Assembly: GCA_963842995.1 (NCBI GenBank)
Contig: CAWJIO010000011.1
Location: 517,255 to 581,254, forward strand
Source of the DNA: an uncultured Solirubrobacterales bacterium
GTDB lineage: Bacteria; Actinomycetota; Thermoleophilia; Solirubrobacterales; Solirubrobacteraceae
Length of the DNA stretch: 64,000 nucleotides
Direction of reading: 5' to 3'
Shown: one piece after another, positions 59,928 to 64,000 of the stretch
Layout: each line of letters opens with the position of its first letter
Numbering within the stretch: position 1 is the first letter of the stretch
Notes under the pieces: model-generated
Seen by the model: only the letters and a program-made list of their open reading frames with translations
Databases searched by the model: none
What the model was told of the DNA's origin: nothing
Program-made: the position numbers and the translations under genes

Positions 59928-62054
59928 ATGACTCAGGCGGCAGTGTTGGATCGTTCGGCGGTGCGGTTCGGAACGGCACGCGGCCGGTACTTCCGGGAGA
60001 ACTTCGCACAGGGCGGAGTCGATCTCGTCCAGATCATCCCCGAGCTGGTCACGAATGCCGATGCGGCGATCGCCGCGTCAGGCCGGCCGTCCGGGAGGAT
60101 CGTGTTGACGGTTGCCGCACCCGAGGCGGAGTTCGTGGCGATGTGGCGGGCCCGGATGCGGTCGCTGCGCTCGCCGGCGTTGCTGTCGTGGAAGCATGAG
60201 CTGCGCTGCACCGATGACGGCGAGGGTGTAGACGCCGACGTGATCGACCGTCGGCTTGGCGCGCTCGGGGTCGAGCCGCCGACGGCAGGTCAGCGCGGCC
60301 TGTTCGGACGCGGCTTGCGGGATGTGTGGCTCGCGCAGGGCGCCGGCCGAATCGAGGGGATCCGCGGTGGCCGGCTGGTCGAGTCCTGGTTCTTCCCCGC
60401 CCCCGGAGATGAGCCGTACGCGTTCGCGCACGTCCGCGACCGAGTCGCGACCGCTCCCGATCTCAGCGCGCTCGGTATCACCGTGTCCGGGACGCGGGTG
60501 ACGGTGCCGCTGTCCGCGGCGAGGCTTCCGGCTGCGGGACGGCTGCGAGCGCTCGTCTCGCAGCTCGTGCAGTTGCGACCGATCCTGGAGGATCCGACCC
60601 GCGCCATCCTGCTCGAGCAGCCGGGGCAAACCCCAGCGCTGGCCACCTATCCGGCCCCGGAGCCCGACGTCGAGCGCCCCGTGTTGTTTGACGATGACGT
60701 GCAGGTCACCCCGGCGGTCAGCGCCAGAATCACCGTGCGTCGCGCGAAGGAGCCGCTCTCGCAGGGCTTCTCGCGCGCGACCCGGCGGGGCGGGCTGGTG
60801 ATCCGCTCCGGTCGCGCCGCGCACGAGACGACCCTTGCCGGTTTCGAGGGGCGGCCGGGCGCCCGACACCTCTATGGCGAGGTGGTCTGCGATGCGATCG
60901 AGCAGCTGCAGCGCGACGCGCTCGATAAGCCGCGCCCCGAGCTCGTCGTCAAAGTCGACCGCTCGGGGGTCAACCAGCACCATCCGATCGTCGAGCGACT
61001 GTACGCCGCGATCGACCGCGTGCTGCGACCGATCGTTGCCGCCGAGGAGCGCCGTGCCGGCGCCCACCTGATCGGAGCCGCTCGCGCCGTGACCGCCCGC
61101 GACCAGGTCGGCCTCCGCGCCCTGAACGACCTCCTGAAGGCCGCGTTCGACCAACCCGGCAGCGCTGGCGCCCAGCCCGGCACGGCTGCAGCGAGCAAAC
61201 CGCCGACGCAACCCGCCGACAGCGCGTTGGGTGCGGAGGACGACCGCGTGTCCGACGAGTTTGAGAGGGAGCCTCCCGCCCCGTCGGCGGCCGTGGCGCA
61301 GCCGCTCTGGTTCAAGCAGTCACCTGTACGACTTCACCCCGGCGAGAAGCGGACCGTCACCCTGTACGCCGACCCGGCGAGCGTTCGCCCCGGGACCATC
61401 GTCGAGATGGAGGCCGACCCCGGGCTATCGCTGACGCTTCGCACGCACGAGGTCCCGGCGCCGGGCGCCCGCGGCTACAGCACCCTCCAAGTCGCTATCC
61501 GCGCCAAGGTCACGGTCGAGCCCGGCTCTCGGCTCGTTGTTCTGGCGGCCGCGGGTGAGCACACGTGCGAGCTGGAGGTCGTGATCGTCCGCCACCGCGC
61601 CTCCGGGTGGGTCCGCGAGATCGCGCGTAAGAGCGAGGACCAGGTCACGGAGGCCGAGTTCGACCCGGACACGGGGATCGTCACGGTCTACGAGGGCCGC
61701 CGCGAGTTCCGCGAACTCGAACGCGCCGCCCGCAAGGCGGGCTACGGCAAGAAGCGCGTCCCGGAGTATGTCCCGTACCGGATGCTTGAAGTAGAGGCCG
61801 CCGCGAACGCTGTGTACGCGTGGGCGGCCGAGCAGATCCTTGCACGACGCCTGCCCGAAGAGCGACCCAACGACCCTGCGGAGTACGCAGCCGCCGTCCG
61901 CCACGAAGCTCAAGCGCTTCGCCACCGTGCCCACCACAAGCTGATGCAGGCGTTCCTCGAGCCGGAGATCTTCGAAGGCGCCGTCAGCCTCAGGCGCGTG
62001 CCGGTCGCCACTTCCCCGCAGTTACGGCTGGTGGGCGACGAAGAATCAGGTTGA
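59928..62054 (+). CDS. GHKL (MORC/Hsp90-like) ATPase, 708 aa
   Basis: ELVTNAD, DDGEG, RGLFGRG and GTRVTV boxes; following S5-like region LYGEVVCD...DRSG. Confidence 0.8.
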   Translation: MTQAAVLDRSAVRFGTARGRYFRENFAQGGVDLVQIIPELVTNADAAIAASGRPSGRIVLTVAAPEAEFVAMWRARMRSLRSPALLSWKHELRCTDDGEGVDADVIDRRLGALGVEPPTAGQRGLFGRGLRDVWLAQGAGRIEGIRGGRLVESWFFPAPGDEPYAFAHVRDRVATAPDLSALGITVSGTRVTVPLSAARLPAAGRLRALVSQLVQLRPILEDPTRAILLEQPGQTPALATYPAPEPDVERPVLFDDDVQVTPAVSARITVRRAKEPLSQGFSRATRRGGLVIRSGRAAHETTLAGFEGRPGARHLYGEVVCDAIEQLQRDALDKPRPELVVKVDRSGVNQHHPIVERLYAAIDRVLRPIVAAEERRAGAHLIGAARAVTARDQVGLRALNDLLKAAFDQPGSAGAQPGTAAASKPPTQPADSALGAEDDRVSDEFEREPPAPSAAVAQPLWFKQSPVRLHPGEKRTVTLYADPASVRPGTIVEMEADPGLSLTLRTHEVPAPGARGYSTLQVAIRAKVTVEPGSRLVVLAAAGEHTCELEVVIVRHRASGWVREIARKSEDQVTEAEFDPDTGIVTVYEGRREFRELERAARKAGYGKKRVPEYVPYRMLEVEAAANAVYAWAAEQILARRLPEERPNDPAEYAAAVRHEAQALRHRAHHKLMQAFLEPEIFEGAVSLRRVPVATSPQLRLVGDEESG

Positions 62055-62173
62055 CGCGATGCTTCGGCCTGACTCCTCAGGCCGGGCCCTTGCTCGTTTC
62101 GAGGGTACGGGCCGCAGGTGGTAGCCTGTAAGAGACGTACCAGAGAAACCGCCGTAGAGAATTCACGATAGAG

Positions 62174-62665
62174 ATGACGACAGTCCGAGAAGTCCGGATC
62201 GCCGGCCACCCGTTCGTTCTGCGCAGCAGCGACGTCGTCCGTGCCATGCGAGAAGTCGATCCTGAGCCCATCGCAAGCCACTATGTGGTCGTCGGCACCC
62301 GGCGGTTTCCACCGAAGCAGATCATCGGCGAGCTCACCGGCCTTGACCGAGCCGACTTCACCACCCACCAGGCGAGACGAACCCTCATCCGCCTCGGCTT
62401 TTCGGCAGGCCGCAGGCCTGGGCGGACAACCGGGACCATCTTTGCCCCTTCCCGCCACAAGCCGGTGAACGCCCCCCGACCTCTCGCTGACCGCTTGCGG
62501 CCGTTGGCTGGCAGCTGGGTCGCGATCAGGGATGACGACATTCTGCATTCGACGGAGTCTCCGCAGGAGCTCGTCGCATGGCTCAGCCGGCACGGACAGA
62601 AGGCGGACAGCATGTTCCGAGTGCCGGAGGATGAGCTGGCCGTGAGCGGGCTCGCGCCTCAGTGA
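62174..62665 (+). CDS. Two-domain protein: SCO5918-like winged helix plus DUF5678-like domain
   Basis: HYVVVGTRRFPPKQII...FTTHQARRTLIRLGF; AGSWVAIRDDDILHS...ELVAWL...FRVP. Confidence 0.7.
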   Translation: MTTVREVRIAGHPFVLRSSDVVRAMREVDPEPIASHYVVVGTRRFPPKQIIGELTGLDRADFTTHQARRTLIRLGFSAGRRPGRTTGTIFAPSRHKPVNAPRPLADRLRPLAGSWVAIRDDDILHSTESPQELVAWLSRHGQKADSMFRVPEDELAVSGLAPQ

Positions 62666-63075
62666 GGTTCGCGTTCAGAGACATCCCGGATCCCGGCACG
62701 GGTGGCGTTCGGCCGCGTCCCATCGTTGACGTTGTCGTCGAGGGCCTGGATGTCGCGCCCCAGGCGTGCCTCCTCGACAGCGGCGCGACGGCAGTGCGCT
62801 TCGGCGCACACGTCGCAGAGATCTGCGGGATCGACCTGCGGGACGCGCCGCGAACGCGCCTCGCGGTCGGCGGCGCGGTCGTCACCGCGCTCATGGCCGA
62901 GGTCACTCTCGAGGTCGACGACGGCTCTCAGCAGTACGCGTGGTCAGCGCCCGTCTGGTTCTGCGAGCCATGGGCACCGTCGTTCGGACTCCTCGGCCTG
63001 ACCGGCTTCTTCGACCATTTCACGGTGACGATCGCCTCTTACCAAGAGTGGTTCGAGCTGACTCCACCCAGCTGA
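62662..63075 (+). CDS. Retropepsin-like aspartic protease
   Basis: RPIVDV, LLDSGAT catalytic motif, GLLGLTGFF; GTGA coupling. Confidence 0.82.
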   Translation: MRFAFRDIPDPGTGGVRPRPIVDVVVEGLDVAPQACLLDSGATAVRFGAHVAEICGIDLRDAPRTRLAVGGAVVTALMAEVTLEVDDGSQQYAWSAPVWFCEPWAPSFGLLGLTGFFDHFTVTIASYQEWFELTPPS

Positions 63076-63093
63076 GCGCGCCCTGCCCTGGCC

Positions 63094-63903
63094 CTACGCC
63101 GCATCACCTAAGTCGTCGAGATCGGTCAGCGAGGCGGTGTAGCGGTAGCCATCGCTGAGGCCGTCGGCTTGACCGAGGGAGACGCTGTAGTGGAAGCCGC
63201 CACGACCGACAGCGCGCTCGAGCGTCGCGAGCACTCGTTGTGGGTGGTCGTGAGGCCCGTTGATGTACAACGGCTTGCCATCCCTGCCGAACGTGATCGA
63301 GCTCCGGCCATCCCACGATCCCAGGGCCCGCCCCGCCCGCCGGAAGTCGGGGTGCGGCTCGAAGCCGAGGCTCCGTGCGTAGTCGACGGCGCCGAGTACG
63401 AGGTGCCGGGCGAGCTCGAGCGGGACCGGGATTCCCTCCGACTCCCACGGTCCGAAGTACTGGCGCTTGAAGGCGTCGAGCTCGTGCTGGCCCATCCGCT
63501 GTGGCCCGATCGTGTTCTTGACCCCCAGACACCATGTGTCGACGAGGTAGCCGCACACGGACAGCTTGTCGCGCCTGTCAGGCGACGCGACGAGCACGCA
63601 GGCGACGCCGCTGTCGCCGGCTTCGCTCGGCGCACCGGCGTCGTCTGGCCAATCAGAATGGCCGTCGATTCGCAGCCCGTGCCGCCAGCCAGGGCTGACC
63701 CAGCACCGAGTCTGACTCGCGATTGCTTCGCCGTTGGCGTTACCGCCGGCAGCGGCCGTCGCTTGGCTCTCTCGCTCGCATGCCACGACGCGTACGAGTC
63801 GGGCAGCATCGGCCTTACTGACGCCCAGCGCGCGAGCGATCTCAGCGGGCGTGAACCGCCGCGCTCGCAGCGCGCGGACCGTAGCAAGCAGCTCCTGTTC
63901 CAT
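63094..63903 (-). CDS. N-terminal HTH protein with a conserved domain of unknown function
   Basis: TPAEIARALGVS; CGYLVDTWCLGVKN, AVDYARSLGFEPHPDF, FGRDGKPLYINGPHD. Confidence 0.8.
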   Translation of the reverse strand: MEQELLATVRALRARRFTPAEIARALGVSKADAARLVRVVACERESQATAAAGGNANGEAIASQTRCWVSPGWRHGLRIDGHSDWPDDAGAPSEAGDSGVACVLVASPDRRDKLSVCGYLVDTWCLGVKNTIGPQRMGQHELDAFKRQYFGPWESEGIPVPLELARHLVLGAVDYARSLGFEPHPDFRRAGRALGSWDGRSSITFGRDGKPLYINGPHDHPQRVLATLERAVGRGGFHYSVSLGQADGLSDGYRYTASLTDLDDLGDAA

Positions 63904-64000
63904 GAAGTGACTTCTACGGAATGCTGCGGACGGAAGTCGGGATCGACTTGACTACGCGCCTCGCGGCCCGCCTGCCCTTCAACTCGTCGATGAGCGGCCT

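Noticed and set aside
62662..63075. Retroelement protease
   Set aside because: No reverse transcriptase, integrase or LTR in the window

Overview
High-GC actinobacterial DNA; the gene families suggest Thermoleophilia/Solirubrobacterales, which is an inference. The window is mostly accessory sequence in five blocks. (1) 1-23 kb: regulators and oxidoreductases mixed with many gene remnants, plus a PAS kinase, an ECF sigma/anti-sigma pair and topoisomerase IB. (2) 23-36 kb: a hopanoid-type cluster (hpnA, glycosyltransferase, hpnD, hpnE, hpnG-ispH fusion, hpnH) lacking shc and intact hpnC, bracketed by two OmpR-family two-component systems. (3) 36.3-38.3 kb: an IS1634-family element with 12-bp TIRs and a 6-bp TSD. 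(4) 41-50 kb: a resistance-like block with an RHH/DUF4097/DrrAB operon, rifamycin phosphotransferase with a variant RAE-like palindrome, and a divergent ABC-F with a uORF leader. (5) From 59.44 kb: the edge of an element apparently integrated at tRNA-Met. Its cargo is the best candidate for an undescribed system: a Phd-like small protein, a MORC-like GHKL ATPase, a winged-helix/DUF5678-like protein coupled to a retropepsin-like protease, and an HTH protein. All family calls come from motif recognition by eye, not database searches. Several frameshifts are 1-nt homopolymer deletions and may be sequencing errors.
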